From an uncultured Oscillospiraceae bacterium (GTDB lineage: Bacteria > Bacillota > Clostridia > Oscillospirales > Oscillospiraceae): DNA of 64,000 nt. Of this stretch, positions 25,962 to 36,164 are shown in pieces. Positions within the stretch are counted from its first letter, which is position 1. Every line of letters begins with the position of its first letter. A program made the position numbers and the translations under genes. The stretch is taken from the NCBI GenBank assembly GCA_964386575.1, contig CAYLSA010000002.1:22209-86208 (forward strand). Reading direction: 5' to 3'. Below the pieces are notes generated by a model that saw nothing but the letters and a program-made list of their open reading frames with translations, was not told the DNA's origin and searched no databases.

Positions 25962-25996
25962 GAAAAGCCCGATCCGGTTTCGGATCGGGCTTTTTG
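25962..25996. terminator. bidirectional terminator after the small lipoprotein gene
   Basis: AGCCCGATCCG-GTTT-CGGATCGGGCT flanked by AAAA and TTTTT. Confidence 0.75.
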
Positions 25997-26009
25997 TGAT
26001 TTGGTTGCC

Positions 26010-26438
26010 TTAGGCAGCGGGCTCAGCGGAGGGCTCGCCGGAGGGCTCGCCGGAAGCGCTGGGATCGCCCATGACCATGTTGCTGGTGTCGGCAGCGGGA
26101 GCGCCGGCCTCGACCCAAGCGTCATAGGTCAGGATGATCTCGTTGGAGAACATCGGGGTCAGGTAGGTGCAAGCCTCGACTTCCTCAGCGGTGGTGCAGG
26201 CAGCGATGGCGGCAGTGGCGTTGGCCTTCTCGCTCTCGTTGGGAGCGCCGGCCTCGGCATAAGCGCTGGCATAAGCCTTGTAGCCTTCCAGATCGGCAGC
26301 GGGAGCGGCAGCAGGAGCGGCCTCGGGGGCGGCTTCCACGGCGGGAGCTTCGGTGGTGGCTTCCTCGGCGGTGTCGCCGCAGGCGCACAGAGCAACGACC
26401 ATCATGACGGCCAGAAGCAGAGCGATGAGTTTCTTCAT
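26010..26438 (-). CDS. small secreted lipoprotein (142 aa), unknown function
   Basis: ATG at 26438 with GGAGGA RBS. Signal and lipobox MKKLIALLLAVMMVVALCAC. Ala/Pro/Glu linker, a roughly 60-aa module, and a C-terminal GEPS tail. Driven by a consensus promoter. Confidence 0.7.
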   Translation of the reverse strand: MKKLIALLLAVMMVVALCACGDTAEEATTEAPAVEAAPEAAPAAAPAADLEGYKAYASAYAEAGAPNESEKANATAAIAACTTAEEVEACTYLTPMFSNEIILTYDAWVEAGAPAADTSNMVMGDPSASGEPSGEPSAEPAA

Positions 26439-26487
26439 TTTGTAAATCCTCCAAAAATTTTTGATTGCAATGCCAGTTGCACCCTGC

Positions 26488-26516
26488 ATTATAAGTTGCC
26501 CGGCCGACTTTGTCAA
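26488..26516 (-). promoter_or_regulatory. consensus sigma-70 promoter for the small lipoprotein gene
   Basis: Minus strand: TTGACA - 17 nt - TATAAT, both hexamers perfect. Confidence 0.7.
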
Positions 26517-26528
26517 CCATTCGGCAAG

Positions 26529-26556
26529 AAAAATCCCCCGCGAGGGGGGGATTTTT
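26529..26556. terminator. terminator after the Cthe_2159-family gene
   Basis: AAATCCCCC-GCGA-GGGGGGGATTT hairpin with flanking A and T runs. Confidence 0.65.
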
Positions 26557-26568
26557 AAGCGCTTTTGC

Positions 26569-28407
26569 TCAGAATGGCTGTCCGCCGGGGCCACCGGGGC
26601 CGCCGGGGCCGCCGGGGCCGCCGGGGCCGCCGAAGCCAAAGCCGCGCTCAGAATACGAAACGGACGAGAACGTGAAGGTTTTGGTGGTGCTGCCCGCCGT
26701 GAGCGTATAGGTCTCGCCGATGGTGAAATCGGGGTGGCTGACCACAAGGCAGCTGGCCCAGCGATAGGGCGTGTAGGTCATGACAACGTTCCCCTGCGCG
26801 TCCGTGATGACACACTCGGTGCCCGCGGAAAGGCCGCCGGACAGGGTGAGCACCGCCGCGCACTGGGTAGAGCTGGTGGAGGCGCTCTCCTGCATACCGG
26901 AGTTGCCGCTCGCAGCCAGGATGCCGCCCGTGACAACAAAGCTGCCGCCGGAGTCGATGCCGTTTTCCATGGTGCTGCCGTCGGTGGAGGACGTGATGCG
27001 GCCGCCGTTTATATAGATCGCGCCGTTGGAGTCGATGCCGTCGCCGAGATTGGAGGTGGTGCCGGTGACGAAGATGTCCACCTCGCCGCCGTTCATGGTG
27101 AACACGGCGGAGTTTCCGAAGCCGCCATCGCCGGAGGAGGCGTTGATGCCGTCGTTGACGGAGTAGATGTCGACGTCACCGCCGTTGATGGTAACGGTCC
27201 CGGCCTCGATGCCCTCGAAACAGTCGGAGATGGCAACAACGCCGCTTTGGATGATGAGATCGGTGTCGGAATGGATGGCGTCATCGGACGAGCAGATGTC
27301 GAGCGTGCAGTCGGCGATCTCAACCATACCGGCCGCGTGGATGCAGTCGTCTGCGCTGTTGAGAGTCAGGGTGCCGCCGGAAATGGCGATCGCGCCGTCG
27401 GCCTTGATGGCCTTGCAGCTTTCTTCGGGCAGGTCGTAGGTTTCCGTGCTGGCCGAGCCGAAGCCGAAGCCGGGGCCGCCCATGCCGCCGGAGTCAACGC
27501 GCCGGATGGCGTTGCCGCCGCCGCCTGCGCAGAGGATGTCAAGTGTGCCGCCGGAGATGACCACATCGCCGTCCGATTGCAGGCCGTCAAAGCCGGAATC
27601 GATGGTCACCGTGCCGCCGGAGATGGTGAGCAGGCTGTCGGTCTTTATGCCGTCGCCGCCGCAGGTGACGGTAAGAGTGCCGGAGGAAAGCGTAAAGTCC
27701 ACGGCGTCCACGCCGCGCTCCCCGGCTGCGAGGGTCGCTGTGCTGCCGCAGAGCGTGACCGTCTCGCCTTTGAGGGCATCGGTTCCCGCGCTTACATTCA
27801 GCGTGCCGCCGGAGAGGGTAACGATGCCGTCGCCCTTGGCCTTCACACCGAGATCGGCCGCGGTCACATTCACGGTGCCGCCCGTGAGCGTGAGCGCATC
27901 CGAGCAGCGCAGACCCGCGCCCGCCGCCGCCAGCGAAAGCGTGCCGCTGCCGCGCACCGTCACGGCGCTTTTCGACTCAAGGGCCACGCCGTTTTCGTCC
28001 GCCGGAGCGCTCTGGCGAAGGGTGTTTTCGCCGGACAGCGTGAGCGTAAGGGATGCGCAGTCGCGCGCATACAGCGCCCAGATGCCGCCGGAAATGGAAA
28101 CGCCGTTCAAAATCAGCTCCACATCGCCCGCGCAGTCGATCGTGATGCAGCCGTCCAGCGCGCCGGAGAGGCAATAGACTCCGGCCTTGGAGATGAGCAG
28201 CTCGTCGTTTTGAAGCGCCGCACCCTTGCCGCCGATCTGGGCCCGGTCGCCGGACAGAACGATGGAAACGGCCTCGCCCGCGGCAACAGGCTCCGAGGCG
28301 GCCGCGCCGGTCGGGTCGATGACCGCGATGGTGTCGCTCTCCGCTGCGCAGCCCGCAAGCAGCGCAAGGGACATACATAATAGAAGAATAAACAATTTTT
28401 TCATCAT
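26569..28407 (-). CDS. carbohydrate-binding beta-helix lipoprotein, Cthe_2159-like family
   Basis: Start MMKKLFILLLCMSLALLAGC at 28407. Repeated GGT(L/V)x(I/V)xxxxD(G/A)Ixx units, including GDGIDSNGAIYINGG. (GPG)n C-terminal tail. Confidence 0.7.
   Translation of the reverse strand: MMKKLFILLLCMSLALLAGCAAESDTIAVIDPTGAAASEPVAAGEAVSIVLSGDRAQIGGKGAALQNDELLISKAGVYCLSGALDGCITIDCAGDVELILNGVSISGGIWALYARDCASLTLTLSGENTLRQSAPADENGVALESKSAVTVRGSGTLSLAAAGAGLRCSDALTLTGGTVNVTAADLGVKAKGDGIVTLSGGTLNVSAGTDALKGETVTLCGSTATLAAGERGVDAVDFTLSSGTLTVTCGGDGIKTDSLLTISGGTVTIDSGFDGLQSDGDVVISGGTLDILCAGGGGNAIRRVDSGGMGGPGFGFGSASTETYDLPEESCKAIKADGAIAISGGTLTLNSADDCIHAAGMVEIADCTLDICSSDDAIHSDTDLIIQSGVVAISDCFEGIEAGTVTINGGDVDIYSVNDGINASSGDGGFGNSAVFTMNGGEVDIFVTGTTSNLGDGIDSNGAIYINGGRITSSTDGSTMENGIDSGGSFVVTGGILAASGNSGMQESASTSSTQCAAVLTLSGGLSAGTECVITDAQGNVVMTYTPYRWASCLVVSHPDFTIGETYTLTAGSTTKTFTFSSVSYSERGFGFGGPGGPGGPGGPGGPGGQPF
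26585..26629. repeat. 9-bp tandem repeat (CCGGGGCCR x5) inside the 3' end of the Cthe_2159-family gene
   Basis: Read directly from the sequence. Encodes GGPGGPGGPGGPGGPGG. Confidence 0.9.
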
Positions 28408-28413
28408 GCCTTG

Positions 28414-28442
28414 ATAATAACGGCCAGGGAAAGCTTTGTCAA
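28414..28442 (-). promoter_or_regulatory. promoter for the Cthe_2159-family gene
   Basis: Minus strand: TTGACA - 17 nt - TATTAT. The -35 hexamer overlaps the end of repeat element copy 2. Confidence 0.5.
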
Positions 28443-28566
28443 GCGCGTCGGCGCAAGCGCGTCGGCGCAAGCTTCGCTGTGACTCGCTTCGGCGTGAACG
28501 CCAAAGCTCGCCCGCTCCGCTGCGCCTCCTCTTCCAAACCGAATCGCTTCGCTGGATTCGATTTGG
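28441..28566 (-). repeat. structured intergenic element, copy 2 (inverted relative to copy 1)
   Basis: The reverse complement has the same order as copy 1: 12-bp hairpin (28534-28566), GGCGCAGCGGAGCG (28513-28526), the AGCTTTGGCGTTCACGCCGAAGCG hairpin (28485-28508), then AGCTTGCGCCGACGCG duplicated in tandem (14-nt unit x2 at 28441-28468). Confidence 0.8.
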
Positions 28567-28588
28567 ATACCTTGCCGACGCAAGCGCC

Positions 28589-28627
28589 AAAAAGAAACCG
28601 GCACAGCTCCTTGCGGAGCCGTGCCGG
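28589..28627 (-). terminator. rho-independent terminator after the peptide-binding protein gene
   Basis: Minus strand: CCGGCACGGCTCC-GCAA-GGAGCTGTGCCGG followed by TTTCTTTTT. Confidence 0.75.
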
Positions 28628-28662
28628 CGAATGCTAAGGTTTATTTCTCAGTGGAGACGAAC

Positions 28663-30435
28663 TTAGGCGTCCCAGCCCTCATAACGGCCGTACTGAGGAT
28701 CGTTGTTGCCGGAGACGGTGGTGAACATCTCGAGCATGTTGATGGGGTCGTTGAAGTCGGCGATCCAGCCTTCGCGGGCCACATCGTAGTTGCCGGCCTT
28801 ACGCTCTTCCAGGAACACGTTCCAGTCCATGACGGAGATGGTCATGTCGATGCCCAGAGCAGCGAAGTCCTGCTGCATGGACTCGGCGACGGCCACGTGG
28901 CCGGTGTTCTCGTTAACGATGTAGTCGAGCAGCAGCGGGGTCTCGTCGGACAGCATGCCGTCCTCGTCGAACTGGAAGCCGGCGGCCTTCAGCAGCGTGC
29001 GAGCGCGCTCCAGAGTGCCCTCGTAATCGTTGTTGATGCCGTAAGCGTCGTAGTAGCTGCTGTCAGCGCCCTTGAACACGCCGCCGTTGCCGTCGGCCAT
29101 GCCGGCGGGGATGTAGGAGTCAGCGGCGACCTGGCCGGTCTGGCCAACGTTCTCGCAGATGTAGTCGCGGTCGATGAGGATGTTCAGAGCCTCGCGCATG
29201 CAGGCGGCTTCCTCGGGGGTCTTGTCAGCGAACAGGTCGCTGGTGACGTTGAAGGCGACATAGTAGGTGCCGAGGTTGTCAACAACATAGAACTCGGGGT
29301 TGTCGATCAGGGAAGCGGTCTCGTCGGTGGGGACGGAGTCGATGAAGTCCACGTCGCCGGCGTTGTAGGCGGCATAGATGGCAGTGTCGTCCGCGGAGAG
29401 CATGTACTCAAGGGTCTCGACGGTGACGTTGTCAGCATCGTACCAGTAGGGGTTCTTGGTGTAGGTCATGGAGGTGTCGTGGCTCCAGCCGGTGCAGACA
29501 TAAGCGCCGTTGGACACGAAGCCGGCCTCGGTGCACCAGGCGCCGGGGTTGGTTTCCCAATCGGCAGCGGCCTCAACAGAGGACTGCTTCACGGGGTAGA
29601 AGGTGGGGAAAGCCATCAGGTCTTCCATGTAAGCGCAGGGAGCGGACAGAACGAACTCGAGGGTCACGTCGTCAATGGCGGTGACAGCCAGCTCGTCGGG
29701 GTAGCCGGCGAAGCCGGAGAACATGTAGCCGTAGTCAGCGGCGGTGGCGGTGGAAGCGGCGCGCTTCCAGGAGTACTCGAAGTCGGCGGCGGTCAGATCG
29801 GAGCCGTCGGACCACTTCAGACCCTCCTGCAGGGTCACGGTGTAGGTCAGGCCGTCCTCGCTCAGCTCGTAGCCGGTGGCGCAGGCGGGAGTGGTGACGC
29901 CGTCTTCGGTGTAGGTGTACAGACCGGAGAAGGAGTTAACAGCCAGGCAGGCGCCGTCAACGGAGGAGTTGAGAGCGGGGTCGAGGTAATCGGGCTCGGA
30001 AGCGAGGTTGATGCGCAGGGTGGTGGCGCTGGGAGCGTCCTCACCGAGGGTGGCGTACATGAAGAACTTGTTGCCGAAGAGGTTGGAATAGATGCCCTCG
30101 ACATAGGACTTCTGCATATAGACGTCGTTGTAGTAGTAGACGGGGATGACGCCGTAGTTGGACATCAGGATGTCCTCGGCCTTGTGCATCAGGTCAACAC
30201 GAGCGGCGAAATCGGTGGTGGTCTTGATCTCTTCGATCAGCGCGTCATACAGGGCCCAGTCGTTGACGGGGTCGATGAACGCGTCGCTGACGAGATCAGC
30301 AGCGTTCGGGATCTCCTCGGTGGTCTCTTCCACCGCGGTGGTGGGCTCTTCGGCCGCGGGCTCTTTCTGGGCACCGCAGGCGCACAGAGCGAAGACCATG
30401 GTCAAAGCAAGGAGAAGTGCAAGGATCTTCTTCAT
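28663..30435 (-). CDS. ABC transporter substrate-binding lipoprotein, family 5 (peptide/nickel, OppA/DppA-like)
   Basis: ATG at 30435 with GGAGGA RBS. Signal and lipobox MKKILALLLALTMVFALCAC. About 590 aa, with family-5 SBP blocks (LRINLASEPDYLDPA, YTVTLQEGLKWSDGS). Confidence 0.8.
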   Translation of the reverse strand: MKKILALLLALTMVFALCACGAQKEPAAEEPTTAVEETTEEIPNAADLVSDAFIDPVNDWALYDALIEEIKTTTDFAARVDLMHKAEDILMSNYGVIPVYYYNDVYMQKSYVEGIYSNLFGNKFFMYATLGEDAPSATTLRINLASEPDYLDPALNSSVDGACLAVNSFSGLYTYTEDGVTTPACATGYELSEDGLTYTVTLQEGLKWSDGSDLTAADFEYSWKRAASTATAADYGYMFSGFAGYPDELAVTAIDDVTLEFVLSAPCAYMEDLMAFPTFYPVKQSSVEAAADWETNPGAWCTEAGFVSNGAYVCTGWSHDTSMTYTKNPYWYDADNVTVETLEYMLSADDTAIYAAYNAGDVDFIDSVPTDETASLIDNPEFYVVDNLGTYYVAFNVTSDLFADKTPEEAACMREALNILIDRDYICENVGQTGQVAADSYIPAGMADGNGGVFKGADSSYYDAYGINNDYEGTLERARTLLKAAGFQFDEDGMLSDETPLLLDYIVNENTGHVAVAESMQQDFAALGIDMTISVMDWNVFLEERKAGNYDVAREGWIADFNDPINMLEMFTTVSGNNDPQYGRYEGWDA

Positions 30436-30657
30436 TTGTTTTTCCTCCAATTAAGAATTTTTATAACAGACCCGCACGGGGCGGGCCCCGTCATACAGAA
30501 AGGACAGGGGTTTGACCTGTGGGTCAAACGGCAAGAGGGCCGGCCCTCTTGATGGCTTTTCGGCGCTTAGTCTATAATTGGGGACATTATATTATAGCTT
30601 TTGCCGAAAAACAAGGCGAATGGATTTTTTTGTTCAGTTTGTTGTGTTTGTGGGGGT

Positions 30658-31642
<985 letters not shown>

Positions 31643-31650
<8 letters not shown>

Positions 31651-32659
31651 GGCTTTCCCCTCCTTCCCCGGCCTCCAGCATGGCTTTGACGTTCATCCAG
31701 CAGGCGGCTTTGTGGTTTTCGTTGATGGTCAGCTCCTCCGGCATCTCCGTCAGGCAGATCTTCATGGCCGCGTCGCAGCGGGCGCAGAAGGCGCAACCTT
31801 CGGGCATGTTGAGCATGTTGATGGGTGTGCCCGCGATGGGGATGAGCTTTTTCTTCATGTTGTTGATGCTCGGGATGGAACGCAGCAGACCTTTGGTGTA
31901 TTCGTGCTTGGCGTTGTAGAAGATCTCGTCTGCCGTGCCGCGCTCGCAGATGCGGCCGCCGTACATGACCACGATGTTGTCGCACATATCGGCGATGACG
32001 CCGAGGTCGTGCGTCACGAGGATGACGGCCATGCCGAGCTTTTTCTGCAGATCCTGCATCAGCTCGAGGATCTGCGCCTGAATGGTCACGTCCAGCGCGG
32101 TGGTGGGCTCGTCGGCGATGAGGATGTCGGGCTCGCACGCCAGCGCCATGGCGATCATCACGCGCTGCCGCATACCGCCGGACAGCTCATAGGGGTATTG
32201 CTTGACGCGCTTTTCCGGCTCGTTGATGCCCACCAGCTCCAGCATCTCCACGGCGCGGGCCTTGGCCTCGGCGCCTTTTTTGTCGGTGTGCAGCTCGATG
32301 GCTTCGCACAGCTGGTTGCCGATGGTGAAAACGGGGTTGAGGCTGGTCATGGGGTCCTGGAAAATGATCGAGCAGCATTTGCCGCGGAAGTGGCGCATTT
32401 TGCGCTCGGACCATTCGGTGATCTCCTCACCTTTATACTTAATGCTGCCGCTGACGATCTTGCCGGTGTCGGCCAGGATCTGCATGATGGAGTACGCAGT
32501 CACGGACTTGCCGGAGCCGGATTCGCCCACGATGCCGAGGATCTCGCCGGGGTCAAGGTCGAAGCTCACACCGTTGACGGCCTGCACCTCGCCGGAGTCG
32601 GTAAAGAAGGATGTGTGCAGATCCTGCACGCTTAAAAGATGTTCACTCATGCCGCTCAC
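31643..32659 (-). CDS. peptide ABC transporter ATP-binding protein (OppD/DppD-like)
   Basis: Walker A GESGSGKS, signature [15 protein letters not shown], Walker [13 protein letters not shown]. Confidence 0.85.
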
Positions 32660-33732
32660 CTCTTCAGTTTGGGGTCGAAGGCGTCGCGCAGACCGTCGCC
32701 GAGCAGGTTGAGACTCAGCACGATCAGGCAGATCGCCACAGCCGGGAACACCAGCTTATACGGATAGCTCTGCAAGCCCTCGCGCGCGGCGTTGGCCAGC
32801 GAGCCAAGCGACGGCATGGGCGCCTGAATGCCAAGGCCCACGAAGCTGAGGTAGCTTTCCGTGAAGATGGCCGAGGGGATCTGCAGGGCGGTGGACACGA
32901 TGATAACGGAGATGCAGTTGGGAAGGATGTGCTTGCGGATGATGCGGCCGGGCTTTGCGCCGATGGAGCGCGCGGCGAGGATGTATTCGTTTTCCTTGAT
33001 GGAAAGGATCTGGCCGCGGATCAGGCGGGACATGCCCACCCAGTACAGAAGACCGAACACGATGAAAAGCGAGACCATGTTCGTGCCGAGTGAGGCGAGG
33101 AACGTGCCGCTTTTGAAGTGGAGCACTTCCTTCAAAACCACGGACAGCAAGATCACGATGAGCATATCGGGCAGCGCGTAGATGATGTCCACGATGCGCA
33201 TCATGATAAGGTCTACCTTGCCGCCTAAATAGCCGGATATACTGCCGTAGAGCATACCGATGATAAGAACGATGATACTGGCAAACAGACCGACGACCAG
33301 CGAAACGCGCGTGCCGTACACCACGCGGACGAAATAGTCGCGGCACTGCTCATCGGTGCCGAAGATGTGCGGGAAGCGGGTGCCGCCGTCTTCAATGTAT
33401 TTCTGCTCGGCCTCGCTGTAGGTGAAGGGGGCGAGATTCTTCGCGCCCTTGTCGCGCTTGCCGTTTACGGAGAGAATTTCCTCATAGCCGTAGGGAACGA
33501 TCATGGGCGCGATGATGATGGTCAGAACGATGATCACGAGCAGCACGATGCTCATGACGGCCAGCGGGTTTTTGAACAGCTTGCGCATACCGTCTTTGAA
33601 GAAGGAGGTGCTTTCGCTCATAACATCCTGCTGGCGCTTTTCCTCCTCGGTGGCGGGCTCGAATTTTTTCAGATCGAGCTGAAGGCTGAGAATCTGCTTT
33701 TTGGGAACGGAATTGGTGTCAACGTCTTTCAT
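32656..33732 (-). CDS. peptide ABC transporter permease (OppC/DppC-like)
   Basis: BPD-type permease with N-terminal extension. GTDxxGRD motif (FGTDEQCRDYF) and EAA-like loop (ARSIGAKPGRIIRKHILPN). Confidence 0.85.
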   Translation of the reverse strand: MKDVDTNSVPKKQILSLQLDLKKFEPATEEEKRQQDVMSESTSFFKDGMRKLFKNPLAVMSIVLLVIIVLTIIIAPMIVPYGYEEILSVNGKRDKGAKNLAPFTYSEAEQKYIEDGGTRFPHIFGTDEQCRDYFVRVVYGTRVSLVVGLFASIIVLIIGMLYGSISGYLGGKVDLIMMRIVDIIYALPDMLIVILLSVVLKEVLHFKSGTFLASLGTNMVSLFIVFGLLYWVGMSRLIRGQILSIKENEYILAARSIGAKPGRIIRKHILPNCISVIIVSTALQIPSAIFTESYLSFVGLGIQAPMPSLGSLANAAREGLQSYPYKLVFPAVAICLIVLSLNLLGDGLRDAFDPKLKR

Positions 33733-33748
33733 GAGGCTCCTCCTTTCG

Positions 33749-34660
33749 TTAATCGTAGTTGATGCGCGGGTCGACCAGCTTGTAAAGCAGGTCGCAGATG
33801 AGGTTCGCGGCCACCATCAGCACGGACAGGAAGATGGTCGTGGCCATGATGAGGGGATAGTCGCGGTTGTTGATGCCGCTGATGAACTTGCTGCCGAGAC
33901 CGCCGATGGTGAAGATGGTCTCGACGACCATGGAGCCGGTGATGATGTAGGCGATCTGGGGGCCGGCATAAGTGATGACGGGGATGAGGGAGTTGCGCAG
34001 CGCGTGCTTGAAGATCATCTTCCACTTGGCTACGCCCTTGGCGCGGGCCGTGCGGATATAGTCCTGGCTGAGCGCGTCAAGCATACTGGTTTTGGACAGA
34101 CGCGTGATGTAGGCCATGGGATAGGCCGCCAGTGCGATGACCGGCAGGAAGTAGCTCGCGCCGTCGGCACTCCAAACGGGGAACCAGCCGAGCTTGATGC
34201 AGAACACCAGCAGCAGAAGCGTTGCCAAAACGAAGCTCGGCACCGCCGTGAAGAGCGTGGAGCAGAAAATGATGACGCGGTCGGGGAATTTGTTTCGCAT
34301 CAGCGCGGCCAGCGAACCGAAGATCGTTCCGCATACCAGCGCCACGGCGATGGCCATCAGACCAAGTTTGGCGGAGGTGGGGAAGGATTCGCCGATGATG
34401 GCGGAAATCTCACGGCCGTTTTTCAGCGACACGCCCAGATCCCCCTGAAACAGCTGCTTGAGATAGTTCACAAACTGCACGGGCACGGGCTTATCCAGTC
34501 CGTAGCGGGCTTCCAGTGCCGCAATGGTGTTCGCGTCCAGAGCCTTTTCGCTGTTGAAAGGGCCGCCCGGGACGGCGTTCATGGTGAAAAACGTGATGGC
34601 GCATATAATGAAAACCGTTAATATGGCCAAAAGGATACGCTTGACGATATATCGTGCCAT
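33749..34660 (-). CDS. peptide ABC transporter permease (OppB/DppB-like)
   Basis: MARYIVKRILLAILTVF N-terminus. EAA loop DYIRTARAKGVAKWKMIFKHALRNS. Confidence 0.85.
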   Translation of the reverse strand: MARYIVKRILLAILTVFIICAITFFTMNAVPGGPFNSEKALDANTIAALEARYGLDKPVPVQFVNYLKQLFQGDLGVSLKNGREISAIIGESFPTSAKLGLMAIAVALVCGTIFGSLAALMRNKFPDRVIIFCSTLFTAVPSFVLATLLLLVFCIKLGWFPVWSADGASYFLPVIALAAYPMAYITRLSKTSMLDALSQDYIRTARAKGVAKWKMIFKHALRNSLIPVITYAGPQIAYIITGSMVVETIFTIGGLGSKFISGINNRDYPLIMATTIFLSVLMVAANLICDLLYKLVDPRINYD

Positions 34661-34947
34661 ATCCTCTCTCCTTTCTGATTGATTTCCGTATTTTGTTTAT
34701 GAACGGCCATTCTGTCGGAAACGGCTGTCATTTCCAAACAGCTGGCGTATATAAAACCAGCGTATATTTTAGCATACAAAAGCCCCGAGGTCAAGGCTTA
34801 ATGCACGCCCACGGTGAACATTCGTGCGCGCAGGGCGGTTATACCATATAATATATCCGAAAACGGGCGGAAAAGCGGACACAATATCTTGCGCATAGCG
34901 CAGATTTCAGGTAAACTGGGCATGAACGATAAAAGGAGGGACATCTT

Positions 34948-36048
34948 ATGGCTTCCAAGGTTTACTGGTCCGATATGCGCACGCCCGAGGGCGGGCAGTC
35001 GATGCTTCAAAAGCTGGAAAAGCTGCTCAAGGCATCGGATTTTGAATCGGTTCCCATGCGGGGGAAATATGTGGCCATCAAGCTGCATTTCGGCGAGCCG
35101 GGCAATCTGGCGTTTCTGCGGCCCAACTGGGCCCGCTGTGTGGCGGATGCGGTGAAGGAAAAGGGCGGCAAGCCTTTCCTGACCGACTGCAACACGCTGT
35201 ATCCCGGCCGGCGCAAGGATGCGCTGGAGCATCTGGAATCGGCGCAGGAAAATGGTTTCTCGCCGCTGAGCACCGGCTGCCAGATCATCATTGCGGACGG
35301 TCTGCGCGGCACGGAGGAAACGCTCGTTCCCGTGGCGGGCGGCGAGTATGTGAAAGAGGCGAAGATCGGCGCGGCCATCATGGAGGCCGATGTGTTCATC
35401 AGTCTCACCCACTTCAAAGGCCACGAGGCCACCGGCTTCGGCGGCGCGCTGAAAAACATCGGCATGGGCTCCGGCAGCCGCGCCGGTAAAATGGAGCAGC
35501 ACGCCGACGGTAAGCCCGAAGTGACGGAAAAGGCCTGCATCGGCTGCCGCCGCTGCGGCAAAAACTGCGCCCAGAGCGCCATCGATTATCCCAAGGGCAA
35601 GGCCGTCATCGACCATAGCAAGTGCGTCGGCTGCGGTCGCTGCATCGGCGCGTGCCCCATGGACGCCATCCACGCCGGCGAAAGCAGCTCCAACGAGCGC
35701 CTTTGCCGCAAGATGGCCGAGTACGCCAAGGCCGTGTGCGATGGGCGCCCCTGCTACCACATCGCCATCGTGACGGACGTGTCTCCGGTTTGCGACTGCT
35801 ACGGCTCGAACGATCTGCCCATCGTGCCGAACATCGGTATGTTCGTGTCGTCCGACCCTGTGGCCCTCGATCAGGCCTGCGCCGACGCGGTGAACGCCGC
35901 GCCCGTCATCCCCGGCAGTCTCATCGGCGATCATCCCCACGGTGACCATTTCCACGCCGCGAACCCCGATGTGGACTGGCGCGTCACGCTCGAGCACGCG
36001 GAAAAGCTCGGTCTCGGCACCCGCGAGTATGAGCTGGTGAAGCTGTAA
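34948..36048 (+). CDS. DUF362-family protein with an inserted 2x[4Fe-4S] ferredoxin domain
   Basis: VAIKLHFGEPGNLAFLRP and FLTDCNTLY blocks. CIGCRRCGKNC and CVGCGRCIGACP cluster motifs. Confidence 0.7.
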   Translation: MASKVYWSDMRTPEGGQSMLQKLEKLLKASDFESVPMRGKYVAIKLHFGEPGNLAFLRPNWARCVADAVKEKGGKPFLTDCNTLYPGRRKDALEHLESAQENGFSPLSTGCQIIIADGLRGTEETLVPVAGGEYVKEAKIGAAIMEADVFISLTHFKGHEATGFGGALKNIGMGSGSRAGKMEQHADGKPEVTEKACIGCRRCGKNCAQSAIDYPKGKAVIDHSKCVGCGRCIGACPMDAIHAGESSSNERLCRKMAEYAKAVCDGRPCYHIAIVTDVSPVCDCYGSNDLPIVPNIGMFVSSDPVALDQACADAVNAAPVIPGSLIGDHPHGDHFHAANPDVDWRVTLEHAEKLGLGTREYELVKL

Positions 36049-36081
36049 TAAATCAATATAGCGCCGCTTTCTAAAGCGAAA

Positions 36082-36125
36082 CAAAAGTCCTGTTCGGCTT
36101 TTCTGCCGAACAGGACTTTTTCTTT
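36082..36125. terminator. bidirectional terminator between the DUF362 and GNAT genes
   Basis: 14-bp stem AAGTCCTGTTCGGC / GCCGAACAGGACTT with flanking A and T runs. Confidence 0.8.
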
Positions 36126-36164
36126 TATACAATATAAATTATGCGAATATCGCGCCGCCGGCGC

